Notes: generated by a model not told the origin, from the sequence alone. A stretch of DNA of 63,896 bases, filler included, from Gonapodya sp. JEL0774 (GCA_027604505.1; 30 parts of 30 records of this genome joined end to end with filler, not necessarily neighbours in it), one strand, 5' to 3'; shown: positions 23,743 to 36,354, numbered from the whole stretch's first letter. Numbers and translations: made by a program.

Positions 23743-25566
23743 ATGACGCTGCCAGACCGTCTCTACACCTTTTTTGAGGTCTCTATCGGGGGGGAGAAGG
23801 CGGGGAAAATTGTCATGGAACTTTATGGAAAGGAAGTGCCCAAGGTATGTTTCCTGCTAGCGGACAAGAATGGAATCTTGCCAGAGCTCGTAGAAGGCTC
23901 ACTTGGCTGCGATTCTTAACGAAATTATTGGTTTCCGGTGCTCGGTGATCCTATGTGGTGCCAATATCTCATTTCCTGCAATAACACATGCCGGCATCGG
24001 GCACATCAACGTGACGGCAATAGACGGTAGAAAACTTTAGAGCGCTATGCACTGGAGGTGAGAGACAAATCTCTTGTCCCTATCGCCACTGAATGCCCTG
24101 CTCAAGCACGTCACCGCAATTTGCCGTTCGGCCTTACCCTCTTCAGAAAAGGGCAGTTCCGCCTCTGGAGCCAAACTTCACTACAAAGGCTCTTCTTTCC
24201 ACCGCGTGATCAAATCATTCATGATCCAGGGTGGGGATTTCACCCGGGGCGACGGAACCGGTGGAGAGAGCATTTACGGCGAAAAGTTCGAAGATGAAGC
24301 TTTTGTGTTCAAGCACGATGTGCCAGGACTACTGTCTAGTGAGTATGTGATTCCTTCTTTCCGGGAAGTTGGTCACTGGGTGCGCCGTTAATATTTCCCC
24401 GAACTACATATTCTTGAACTCCTCCTTTCTTAGTGGCAAATGCTGGTCCAAAGTAAGTAGCCAATTCTGTCACTCGTGTACGTCGCTTTTTTGGGGTCTT
24501 CCGTGAACTTAAAGACCATGATCAATCCTCCTGTAACTCGCACTTCCAGCACCAACGGTTCCCAGTTCTTCATTACCACCGTCCCCACACCCCACCTCGA
24601 CAACAAACATGTGGTCTTCGGACGCGTTGTAAAGGGCATGAGCGTCGTCCGCAAAATTGGTGAGCTTATTTGTGCGAAAAGTCAATCACTGTTTCCTCGT
24701 ATGGCACGACAGGCACTGATTATTCAACCATTTCACCAGAAAATACCCCCAAAGGAGATAACGATCGACCTCTCCAACCTTGCACTATCACTGAATGTGG
24801 CCAACTCCCCGAATCGTATGACCCTTTCGCGCCGTCCGAGGCCGTCACGCCAGCAGACGGGGACGGGTTTGAAGAATACCCGGAAGATGAGTCAGCCAAG
24901 GAGAAGAACGCTAAATGGGCGCTAGATATAGGAAGCACAGTGAAAACTGCGGGGAATCAGTACTTCAAGCAAGCCGTGAGTTTTATTTCAAGAGCTCAAG
25001 TGAAGGTGGTTCCGTCAATGACGTAATGTGTGTAACAACGTCCTCAGGACCTCTCTACCGCCTTGTCCAAGTACGAAAAGGCTGTCCGCTACGTTGATTA
25101 CATTCTTGATAATCCTGACGACGCCACATCAGACGAACTCACCTCCCTTCGCGCCATAAAGGCCTCTTGTTTACTGAACTCGGCGAGTTGCTATCTCAAG
25201 CAAAGCAAGTACCGCCTCTGTGAAGAAGTGTGTTCCAGAGTCCTCGACATGGACAGTGCGGGTGTGTCTTTGGCGGACCGGACGAAAGCACTCTTCCGTC
25301 GTGGCAGTGCCCGCGCCAAGCTGAACGAGTTCGAAGAAGCGGTCGCGGATTTGGAGGAGGCGAAGAAGTTGGAACCGGGTGACAAGCTGATTGAGAGGGA
25401 GATTGCTGTTGGTACGTTGAGCTCCACGCAGATTTTACTGTGAGTGAGATCAATCAGGGTTTGATAACTGAAAACGTCCTTCATCCATGATCCAACGACA
25501 GCCAAAGCCGCACACAAAGCCGAAAAAGACAAGCAGAAGAAGGCGTTCGCCAAAATGTTTGCTTGA
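23743..25566 (+). CDS. CPR6: 40-kDa cyclophilin (PPIase + TPR; Cyp40/Cpr6), complete, multi-exon
   Basis: [74 protein letters not shown] (via a 19-nt exon at 24434-24452); TPR KALFRRG; ends FAKMFA*. Confidence 0.95.
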
Positions 25567-25688
25567 ATAGTTCCCGAGAGGACTCACANNNNNNNNNNNN
25601 NNNNNNNNNNNNNNNNNNNNNNNNNNNNNNNNTTAATTAATTAANNNNNNNNNNNNNNNNNNNNNNNNNNNNNNNNNNNNNNNNNNNN

Positions 25689-27723
25689 ATGGCATTAAGC
25701 CTTCCTTTTATGAGTTGATGGAAGCAAAACTTTTGAAGGCTGCAGCTCACTTTGATAAGCTTAGTACACCTGGCAAAACCAAAGATTGGGCCATTAACTT
25801 CATTGCTTCACAGTTGAAAGGGTTGGTGAAGTGTGGAACTGTATTGAATGAAGAAACCCTTCATTTATTCCTATTGCTATGTTAGACCCTCTGTTAAAAG
25901 GCAGAGGAAAGCTCAGAATGTCTGGAAGTCTATAGCTCCCCGTGTTAACAACCAACTCTACCAATTACATGCACAATCACTGCCACCAGACAATTTTCAA
26001 AAAAACTTTTCTGAATTAAAATTTGGTGGAGGACCTGAACAGGGGAGTTGCAACCTTGTTTATAGGCTGAATACTTTTCAAACTTAACTTCTGGTTTCAT
26101 GTAGGACTTCTCATTGGGAAATACAGATCACATGTTACAGATGATTCTTACTAGTCAACAAGGAATTGCTGCATCAGTACAGCAACTTTGTGGTCAAGTT
26201 GCTAGTATGCAAGAAACTCAGAATGATTTTGAAATCAGGTTAAGGACCTTACAGAACCACAGAGATCAGAGTGGTGGTTCTTTATTTTTAGATGTGCAGC
26301 TGCAAAATTCTCATTTAAAAAAGTCATCTGCTGAAGAAGGGCATGACTTGAAGAATGACACAGTGTTCTTACCAGTAAGGGAGACTGTTGCGCCATTAAT
26401 GACTGACAGAAACTCAGTTGGTCCTTCAGTAAGTTCTGGTACTGTAAAATCTGTCAATCCAGGTAGGGTTAGCACCTTCCCTATCAATCAATGTCATTGC
26501 TATGTCATTCAAGTTCACTGGGACAGATAATTCAAGATTTCATCAGCATCAGCTACAAACTACTGCTCTAATGCATTCAATTGATTCCCTGAAGGTGTGT
26601 TCACATCAATGGAGAAGCCTGTAGTGGTTGAAACTTACGTACCGCAAGAGCCTTGAGGTTCAGGATTCCAGTGCCATTTCCAAGTTTGGTCCTTGGCCAT
26701 CCATTAATACTATATCCACTGCTGCTTTGCAAGTTACTAAAACATCTGATGAGTCTGATGAGAGTAGTATCCCCAAAAAGCACGTTTTTGACATTGAGTT
26801 CCCTGATGGAGACATGAATTTGGATTTAGATTTAAATAACACAATTGGCTTTGGAAAATCAAAGTGGGTCTGGAGGAAACAGAACTCTTACAAGGCATGT
26901 GATCGGTATGAGAGTAAGATTGTCTATATATGCTTGGTGAGTGAAATTTTTCCCCCTTACTTTGACAAAGGATACATGCCTTGGTTTAGTACAAACAATT
27001 GCATTTACTCCTTGTAGGGTTCTCTTAGGTGCAAAAATGAAAGATGTGGCACAATTTTTAAACCTCCTAATGGAGATGGTAACCAACTTGTGACAATCTT
27101 GAGAAGATGGATTGCAGAAGGATGCACAGTCTGCGATAGAATGGGTGTAGGACAATCTGAATTGGAGCATGTTGGATGTCAGGCAAAGCTAACATTAACT
27201 TTTCACTGGAATAAAGTGGGAAATTTTGTGCATGAAGGATATCATTCTCATGGACAGTATGCTAATCCTAAGTTTGGTATTGTTGAAGTGGAGCAGCTAA
27301 AAGGCATTATGGTGAAGAACCCAGATCAGAGATTAGGAAAGCTTATGCAATTGCTGAAGTATGGTCCTGATGGAGACACTTCTGCTCCTCCTTTGCCAAG
27401 TACTTTTGCAAACACGGATCGAGTTAGATACCATCAGAATCGTATTAGGATGGACATTCTTGCACACCATCAGCCTGCAGTCTCTCATGCTGTTATTCCC
27501 AGTCAATGGTCAGATTTAACAACCTTTCAGGCTAGGCACCCAAACATTATAAAGACCTTTGGGTTTGTCCCTGGAGATGAACATGTCATAGTTTCAGATC
27601 CTGACCTTATTACTATTTATGCGCAAAGCAATTGTGAATTTTTCCGCACTGATGTGACTTATGGTTTCATCCGCCAAGGATTCTACCTCATAAGCACTTC
27701 TGGGTATTCTGAGCCTTTGAATA
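25689..27723 (+). mobile_element. Putative Mutator-like (MULE) transposase with a GCM-type zinc/DNA-binding domain; truncated by the contig
   Basis: Splicing 26937-27017 gives WVWRKQN...ICLGSLRCKNERC...P...CTVC...LEHVGC...HEGYHSH (GCM/WRKY-like ligand pattern). This is followed by FRTDVTYGF..GFYLISTSGY, which resembles the first catalytic Asp strand of MULE DDE domains. The contig is AT-rich and CpG-poor. Confidence 0.65.
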
Positions 27724-27823
27724 NNNNNNNNNNNNNNNNNNNNNNNNNNNNNNNNNNNNNNNNNNNNTTAATTAATTAANNNNNNNNNNNNNNNNNNNNN
27801 NNNNNNNNNNNNNNNNNNNNNNN

Positions 27824-29176
27824 TCGTTGATTGGGTGACCCCGAAACAGGAATTCCAGGTGATCATCGATAATGACAGAGCATCGAAACTGTCACTGAAT
27901 TTGGACGTCATTGGTGAGAAGAAGCCAATCCACCTGTCGCTCAGTGGCTATCTAATGATGTTGGTCCATCGAAGTCAATACGCCTTGTGAATTCCTTACT
28001 GTTGACATGTCAGACATGGTTCGTGTTTCAAACGTTCTGCTAATTGCATATGTTTAAACCCCCTTGCAGACTAAAACAATAAACGGCACGTCCAGTCGGG
28101 CTCCCAAATCCACCTCTCCCATCAATTCAAACGTCTGCCCACAGGATCTCTCTCCTACCACGCCAGCTCGGGTGGATCTGACGACCTCGCATGGGAAGCT
28201 GTTTTGAACGAGTTTCGCCAATATCGTGGGCGGCGTCAGGCAATTTTTGGATCGCGAAATACTATCCCACCGTTGCCTGAGGGAGATAAGATGGCATGCC
28301 ATATTCAAGGAACAGCGGAAGTAGAGAAGTTGGCCGGAAACTTGCATATTACTGCTCTTGGCCAGTGAGTTCCCACCTATACGATCTTGAGCAGTTTGAG
28401 AAACAGAAGAGCACTTTCGTTGCAGTGGCTACCGCTCACCAACCCATGCCCCACACGAGTCTATCAACTTTACGCACCGATTTGTGGACATTTCGTTTGG
28501 CCGTCAGCACCCCGGACTCGCTCTCGCAAATCCGTTGGCGGGCATTGTGGAGGTGACAAAAGATGCGTTGACCATGTATCAGTACTTTGTCAGCGTGGTA
28601 AGTTGTGTAGATCCCGACACGTGTGCCGCCGCAAATCTACCTGAACGCCTTGACCTTCAAGGTCCCCACCATGTACTCGAATGAAGCGGGTACGACGGGC
28701 ACCACATCTTTCCTCACAAATCAGTATGCTGTCACAGAGAACATGCGTGTCCTGGATCAAGGCCATAAAGCAGGGACACCAGGTGCGCTGAAATCCTTGA
28801 CTATTCTCTTGCAGACGTATGCACGCTTTGCATGAACCAGCTGAACATATCTTCATCAGGCATCTTCATTCGCTTTGACCTTGAACCTGTCTCCCTCTAT
28901 ATTACTGATAAACGCTCGGCGACTTTCCAGCACTTTCTCGTACGCCTGTGTGGGATATTGGGTGGGGTGTTTGTGACTGTGGGAATGGCTTACCGTGTGG
29001 TGAACCGATTTGGGAGCGTCCTTGCTGGTGAAAATGCAGCGTTGGCGACAGCAGCGTCTCCGATCCTGGCACCAGCCGCTTTCTCTCCTCCGAATATGGG
29101 ACCTATGAACTCCGCTTACGACGGCACGGCATACATCCACCAGAATGGTGACCACATGGCACACAGGGGTAGATAG
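27824..29176 (+). CDS. ERV41: ER-Golgi vesicle protein Erv41/ERGIC2, 5' truncated, spliced
   Basis: LNLDVIVNTPCEFLTVDM; NFTHRFVDISFG; NPL; MYQYFVSVVPT; TNQYAVT; PGIFIRFDLEP; FLVRLCGILGG. Confidence 0.88.
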
Positions 29177-29360
29177 AGGCACTCCGCTCTGTGCTATTCC
29201 GCCCATTTTACAAATTGATATGATACTCATGTTTACAAACGTCACAGTTCCGAGGATTAGGACAGGGGTCAACTCGGAGACACAAATTGGCGACTTTCTT
29301 CTATACGTCAAGGAACTACGCAATAAGCAATCCAAAAGTCCGTTTCGCTTCCATCACAAT

Positions 29361-29857
29361 CTAGTGCGTCACACGTCCATTCCGTCCGTTGATGTGGCCG
29401 TTCAGGTGGTGTTCAGCTTGCTCGTCCACGAAGTCCTCTTCACCTTCCAACTCTCCTTCAGGACCCATTTCTCCTTCATCTTCGTAGTCCCCATCTCCAT
29501 CTTGGAGATCGTCCTCGCCGTCTAGTTCCTCACCATCTCCTTCACCCTCCATAAAATCATCTTCAGGTTCCACGTAGAGACTGTCCACTTCCACGAGGAC
29601 TCTTTGGAGGTTGGGCAGGCTGCCTTCAAGCCAAGGAGGAATCCACGTCTCAAGAACTTCCACAACGCGTGGTCTTGGCTTGATGATCTCGACGTTTTGA
29701 AGGTTCAAGAGAACTGCATCGTCCGGGTCATCCATTGTCCGTTTACCAATCTCCTTGAGAAGTTCTTGTGAGACAGGCTCTTCATAGTCCGTGGCATGGT
29801 AGAGGGAAAGGAGACGCCGTATTTGCCCAGCAGTCATGGTTGCGCCGACTTATTTGC
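29361..29857 (-). CDS. Class V myosin (Myo2-like) DIL/cargo-binding tail end with an acidic extension
   Basis: TAGQIRRLLSLYHATDYEEPVSQELLKEI...PRVVEVLETWIPPWL matches the end of the fungal myosin V DIL domain. Confidence 0.7.
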
Positions 29858-30621
29858 NNNNNNNNNNNNNNNNNNNNNNNNNNNNNNNNNNNNNNNNNNN
29901 NTTAATTAATTAANNNNNNNNNNNNNNNNNNNNNNNNNNNNNNNNNNNNNNNNNNNNCCATGGGACTGTCGTCCGTGAGTATTGTTGCGAGCTCCCTTCT
30001 TCTCGGGCTTCGGCGTGCCGATCAGGGACATAAACTCAAGCAAAGAGTAGTTTTGTAGATATACTTGCATTGTAGACGAGGTTAAAGACACTTGGGCGCC
30101 CAGAGTTCGCATCTCTTACATGTAATTCAGAGCATTTTCAATGCGTCGACACCAAACGCGGATCGAGTACGTAAAGCCACCGCGGACGCAGCAATTCGCT
30201 GAAATTTGCTCATATCATGATGAGAATGCGACGCAGAAATTTTGAATTGACCCTCGTTGAGGGTCTGCCGAAATCCGAATCAATGGGGGACCACCATCAC
30301 AACAACAGTTACATATGCATTCACGCTCATTACATAACCAGAAGCAATGTGAAGAATATACAATCGAAATATTTTACCGACCACAGAGCACTGAAAACAT
30401 AGTCCGACGAACAAGATTCGTAGGAGTACTGTGCGCGATTTGAGATGAGCTATTATAATGACTTGTGATTTCCACCGCGCAACTTACTTATAGAATGATG
30501 GAGTTTACTTAAGCGGGGGCCGGATTGGCGCAGATACACCTGATACTGTGCGGCAGCTGTGACGGTTTGGTCATACGCGATATGAGATACCTTGGTGTCA
30601 CGATTATAGCGTAGAGTAGAC

Positions 30622-31188
30622 TCACCGTTTCAAATCAAGGAGTGATTCGGCGATCTCAACGTCCTCCAACGTTACTCGACTGATCCTCGGCGGGTAAGGA
30701 CTCATTCGACAACCGGGTTGAGCTCCAGTTCGGGACGAAAGACTCGATTCCTGCAAGTCACAGTATGACAATTTTAGGTGAACCATCACTGCATTCAACG
30801 AATTCGTATATGTCAAACACACCTGACACCCTTTTTGTTGCTCCTTACTCCGCAGTATAACTAATTGTGTGATCACTTGTCGAAACCATCCGTATTCGAG
30901 CCGAACTGCAGTGAGTTGTGTCCTCAACAGCTGGTTCTGCAACTCCAACTGCCTTTTCTGCGCCTCCACCCGACTTATCTGCGCCTCCATCTGCATTTTC
31001 TGCGTAGACGCTTGCTGTCTCCGTAACTCCAACTGGCACTCCAACGCCTCTTTCCGTGTCTCCAAATGGCTGCTCAGTAACTCCATTTGCACCAATCGGG
31101 GTGGCATGAAGGCAACAAACATTCTCCGGAGTTCTTCCTGGAACTCATCATGCGACATATCCTTCGTAAGCTTGGCGATGTGCGTCAT
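30622..31188 (-). CDS. Hypothetical coiled-coil protein
   Basis: Intronless ORF starting MTHIAKL, with a Q/E/L-rich heptad region. No family recognised. Confidence 0.45.
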   Translation of the reverse strand: MTHIAKLTKDMSHDEFQEELRRMFVAFMPPRLVQMELLSSHLETRKEALECQLELRRQQASTQKMQMEAQISRVEAQKRQLELQNQLLRTQLTAVRLEYGWFRQVITQLVILRSKEQQKGCQVCLTYTNSLNAVMVHLKLSYCDLQESSLSSRTGAQPGCRMSPYPPRISRVTLEDVEIAESLLDLKR

Positions 31189-32090
31189 GTCCAACACAGC
31201 GGTGAAAAAACCGGTCTTTTGCGAGGGAAATTGAAGAAGAGATGAAGAATGGAGAGGGAGTGGAGAAGTGGTGTTGTGTAACAAGTTGATATATAATGGT
31301 GGGCAGCTGGAAATTTCCAGCATGCCTCAAACTTAGAAATTTCCGGACTTGTGAGGCACAGATCTTTACATCTGAGCCACAATGCCAAAATCTTGACATT
31401 TTGACAGGCCACAGGCAGCGGGAATTTCACGTCCTGCCAGAAATTTCACAACATGGCTGCAGTTGTTTTTTTTACATGGGGGCTGGAATTCCACATGTCC
31501 GGAACTCTACATGTGTAATTGACACTTCAATATGTCTTGAAGTAGTTCTGTTCCACTCATGCCAAAATCCATAAACGTTCACGTTCAACAGGAATCGATG
31601 AACCACGCATTAATCTCGAGGGTTGATTTCGTTGTGGAGAATGAGTATGTCGCCACTGGTCGCAAGCGGGGTTCCACGGGGTGGGTAGGGGACTTGCCGT
31701 TCATGAATCGTGTTACTGGTACTTGGGTCAGTCTGGCCATTCTGTGTTCGATTGTTGCTCCTTCAGGTGTCCGACAGTCAGAACTTATTGGGTGGAAATC
31801 GTTCTGATTCCCGAGGGTCACCCTCGGCTGTGCCACTTACAACCACAGCATTCGATTCTTTGAAAGCCGTCTTTCGATCAATTGTGGTAAATCAGGTTGG
31901 AGGCAAGAATGACAAAGAATGTAATCCCCGGACTTGTCAGAGTGGTAAACCATTGATCCCAGCTCCTCGAGGGTCTAATTCATGATTGTANNNNNNNNNN
32001 NNNNNNNNNNNNNNNNNNNNNNNNNNNNNNNNNNTTAATTAATTAANNNNNNNNNNNNNNNNNNNNNNNNNNNNNNNNNNNNNNNNNNNN

Positions 32091-32358
32091 CGTTTGTGCA
32101 ATGCCGCACGCCCATCCACCACGCCTCGCCTTGCTGAGCACGAGGGCGCATCCACCAGGTAAGTATGCCCGATACAGGAACCGGGCGGTTTATATAGACC
32201 GGTAAGGTGTCCAAGTGTGCACTGCGCATGGGTCGCAGCACCTGCGCCACTAATTCCTGCCGCAGCTGTTCCAGCAGTTGCCTTCTGGCCCTGTACTGGC
32301 TTACACCAAATGCTGCTAAGATAAGAATACATGCACTTACGACTTCCCCGTCGACCAT
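32091..32358 (-). CDS. N-terminal fragment, possibly a PIF/Harbinger transposase
   Basis: Hydrophobic start followed by WWMRPRAQQGEAWW, similar to the W-x-R-P-R...WW motif of HARBI1-like N-termini. Cut by the contig end. Confidence 0.3.
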
Positions 32359-33095
32359 CCCGTCACGCTACCAAATGGCAATCGTCCACCCGATCCTCCA
32401 TCACTCTGTTCCTCTTCGGACTGGGGTTTGACCGTTTTGATCGGGCAACGCAAGCTGCGAACAGCGAAGAAATGAAGTGCCGTCGATTGGGAATCGCCAG
32501 ACCGGAAGTACGTGGCGCAATGTTTCGGTGGTGGTTTTCAGGTGATTGTCGGTGTTCCAAAGTCGCTCGAGAAAGTTGCCATGACGATCAGCAGACACCA
32601 ACGCTCAATCGAGCACTCTGGACAAATCACATGGAGATATCACGATTTGAACCAGCCAATGGTGCTGGGCGAGAGGCCGATGGTTCTTCGCAAACGTCCT
32701 GTAGGTGACTAATGATTTCTCTTTTCAATCCCCATTCTTCACCCCCGCGTGTCCCTACCGGCTTCAACCCGGCGTTCGGATCTCGCTCAGGTCTCGTCTC
32801 TTCCTCGTCAATGTGTGCCTAAGCATTCGGCGGTTCGGAAATCTAACCGTGACAAAGACTCGCTGTACCGAAACCGAATGAAATACGTCACCACGGCAGC
32901 ACCGCCGCTAGCCGTTAAAACACCGAACGAATGATGGTAACTGCTATACGTGGTTGCCTGACACCCTCCTCCCTTCGGACGAGTTCAGAACCCCCATTTG
33001 ATTGTGACCTAACGCAGCAGTCACACTCAATCAGACAGACGGTCATACTATCATAAAGATATACAGGACAAGAAAATACACGTAATCGACGCCAT

Positions 33096-34122
33096 CTACT
33101 TCCAAACGTACGAGTGCACGGGCGGGGTCGTCGTGTCCGGCTCTTCCCACACCAACTTGCCCACATCGTGGCCACCCGCGCCGGCGCACACGAGGAGTGG
33201 AAGAAGATGCTCCTACAAGAGAGAGCGTATTAAAAAGAGCAGGTGGTCGAGTCGATAACGAAGTGTTGACAGAACCCGCTTGGGAACTTACTTCCCGCTC
33301 GTGCGCAATCCGACCACCAGTGGCTTTCGACCACGCGATGAGTTTGGCCTTTCGGTCTTCTGGCGAGGTGGAGGTGCATGCGTCTTCCAAGTACTATCGA
33401 CACAAGAAGGCAGGTCAAGATTTTCGCTCCCGTACCGTACGTCCACCCTCCTCTCTGGACCACCCGACCTCACCTTCCCAAACACCTTCAAATCCTCAAA
33501 CATCTTCTTTGGCAAACTCGTCTGTCCAAATCTCGTCGCCTGGAACAACCTCATGTTGTGAAACGAGGTTCCGGACCCCAGGATGGCCACCCCTTCATCC
33601 CTCAGCGGAGCCAGCGCTTCGCCCATCTTGTAGTGGTCCGCGGCGTCGAGGGTCGAGAGAAGCGAGCACTGGATAATGGGGATGTCGGCTTGGGGTCGTA
33701 AGAGCATCATTGGGATGAACACCCCGTGGTCCCAGCCGCGGGTGGTGTCGAGGCGGGGGTTGAAGCCAGCGGTTTTGAGGAGGGTGAAGGCTTTTTGGGC
33801 GCTGTGGGGAGTAAGATTTGGGTGGGATAGGGTGCAGGGACGGGGCCTGGGGGCGAACGGCTGGCTTACATTTCGGGTGATCCTGGTGCGGGGTATTTAA
33901 ACTTGTAGGTCTCAGGTGGGAATCCCTGAAGAATGGCAAGGGTGAAAGTTCACATTGAAATTTGAGCCGGAGGCGTCATTGTTTCGCTGTCCCGGGAACT
34001 ACGTACGTAGCTGGATGTTGATTTTCGAGGAGCGGAAGAGCTCACTATAGATCCAGAGGGTCGCACGGGACAGGCACAAACTCACTAGTCAAACAGCAAG
34101 CTCGGGTTCGATCCTGCCGAGA
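33096..34122 (-). CDS. LigB-family extradiol dioxygenase (4,5-DOPA dioxygenase/YgiD type), 5' truncated
   Basis: LLFDYYGFPPETYKFKYPAPGSP (needs a 4-nt exon at 34007-34010); RGWDHGVFIPMMLLRPQADIPIIQCS; GEALAPLRDEGVAILGSGTSFHN; AHERE|EHLLPLLVCAGA. Confidence 0.93.
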
Positions 34123-34351
34123 NNNNNNNNNNNNNNNNNNNNNNNNNNNNNNNNNNNNNNNNNNNNTTAATTAATTAANNNNNNNNNNNNNNNNNNNNNN
34201 NNNNNNNNNNNNNNNNNNNNNNCGCATAATATGCATTGCATCTGAGTTTACAACTTTTGCTTCTGCGACGAGCTGGCCAAACCTAGTAACGGCACCCGAG
34301 ATTTGCGTCACATAGAGAAGAGACAAGGAACACTGGTCAGGGCCTGTGCAC

Positions 34352-35459
34352 TCATTTCGCGATGCCTGCGCCAAAGCGATAAATAGTTCAGCATGATTCG
34401 ATGACATGCAAGTCGTTCTGGCGCACAGGGTTTCAGGGGAAAACTCTGGATACGTCCATTGCACTCTTCGCTGTGTGCCCGTTCCAATCTCACTCGAAAA
34501 GGTTTTACTTGAGAAACTCACCAATAACACCGCATGCGGACCTTCCACCAGCGTTGCCCGTGGTGAGGGAGTCCTGGTGACCACCCTTGCCCAAGTCGTC
34601 AACACCAGCGTGCACTACGATGGTCCTTCCGATGACGGAGTGGGCGCCGTGAAGGCTGACGTGAGAGTCAGTGATGCTTGCCTTAACAGTACCGTCGGCG
34701 CCAGCAACAACGTTGCCAAGGTCACCTGTGTTTCATCGTAAAATATCGTTGAGGGTGCAATTAAATGCCGTTCTGATTAAATGCGTGGCACTCATGGAGC
34801 TCACCGACGTGACGGTTCACATCTTCTGGGGCACCGTGGGTTTTTCCGTGGGGGTTGTAGTGGCCTCCGGCGGAAGTGCAACCTGGTTGTCAAGCAAAAG
34901 TATAGGAAAGGACACAATCAGAATCCAAAGATGGCATATGAAGCTCGCTTCGACACTTGAAACTAACCGTTGGTGTTATCGCCGAATTCACTGTAAATGA
35001 AAAAAGTGAACGATTGTTAGAGGGAGCGCAAGTTTCAGGTGCTTGGGACCCCCATGCCGATCTTCAACATCCCCTCCAGCGATTTCCGACACAAGCATTC
35101 GAGTGGTAGCTTTCATTTTCAACATTCATACGTGCATGCAACACTCAAAGTATGTCTGTTCTTCATCCAGCCGCCGCAATGTTTGAGGAATGACACTCAC
35201 TGAACGTGGAAACCGTGGGCACCGGGGGTCAATCCCTTGAGGTCGAAGGAGATGGTGGAGGGACCCGACCCTTCTTGCTCGATGGTGACGGTGCCAGTGA
35301 CGGTGGAGTCTCCACGGAGGACGCAGACAGCCTGAAGTTTGGCATGTCCGTGCGGAAGGTTTGGTAAGCCACTCAAGAGATCAACAATCGGGACAACAAT
35401 CACAGCCAAACGTGCAGTAATAAAAGCAAATCGCCCGGGATTGAACTTGCCTTGACCAT
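34352..35459 (-). CDS. SOD1: Cu/Zn superoxide dismutase, complete, 6 exons
   Basis: [12 protein letters not shown]...[45 protein letters not shown]...[18 protein letters not shown]...[17 protein letters not shown]. All metal ligands are present. Confidence 0.97.
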
Positions 35460-35940
35460 TTTGATAGTTGCGAGTTTGTGTTGGAGTCGACGAAGAAGAT
35501 CGAAATGGGCCGCTTCCCGAAAACTGCTGACTGTGCACCGTTCATAACTGTACCACAAATCGCGACACGAGGACAAACACGTCAATCATGGACGAAGAGT
35601 CGTTGCATCAACGTTTCTGATGACGAAAGAGGAAATTCACGAAAATCTATGGATTGGGGTAGCTTTTTACAACTAAACAGTCTTCAAGACTGCTCTCTGG
35701 GAAAATACACACTAGGTCGGGACAGTACCCCTCCCATAAAACATCAGAGTAAGTTATTCAACGGCCCGCCGTACGTGCGATAAAGTACATATCTATCACG
35801 GATCTCACAAATCGTCATCGGAACCCTCGGCGACAGCACCACGGTCCTTGAGCTTCTTTCGTGTGCTCTTCGTCACTGCCGCGCGGCAAGGAACGATGCA
35901 TCAGTTGGTGTGAAATGAAACAAAGGATTCACGTTCTACT

Positions 35941-36254
35941 TCATTGACACTCACGTGCACGCATTGTGGCTCCCGAAAACTTCTCTCCCTTGAACTTCTC
36001 GTCGTCCTGGTCGTCGAATTGAACCTTCGAAGGCATCTTCGACAGACGTTTTCCGGGTAACTTGAGCGATCTAGGACCTTGAGGCCTTGCTCCGGTAGGC
36101 CTCTCAACAGCTGGTGAATCCAGATCTGTGTAGTCATCGTCAGAGGCACTTGTAGCGGCTGGCGCGGAGTTGTTTCTGAGGTATGTGGACGGGCCTAGCA
36201 CTGCACTAGCCTCGATACTGCTGCTGTTTGTGGAGAAGACCATAGAGGGGTCAA
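35941..36254 (-). CDS. C-terminal fragment of a low-complexity hypothetical protein
   Basis: Open frame from the contig edge, Ser/Asp-rich. No family recognised. Confidence 0.35.
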
Positions 36255-36354
36255 NNNNNNNNNNNNNNNNNNNNNNNNNNNNNNNNNNNNNNNNNNNNTT
36301 AATTAATTAANNNNNNNNNNNNNNNNNNNNNNNNNNNNNNNNNNNNNNNNNNNN

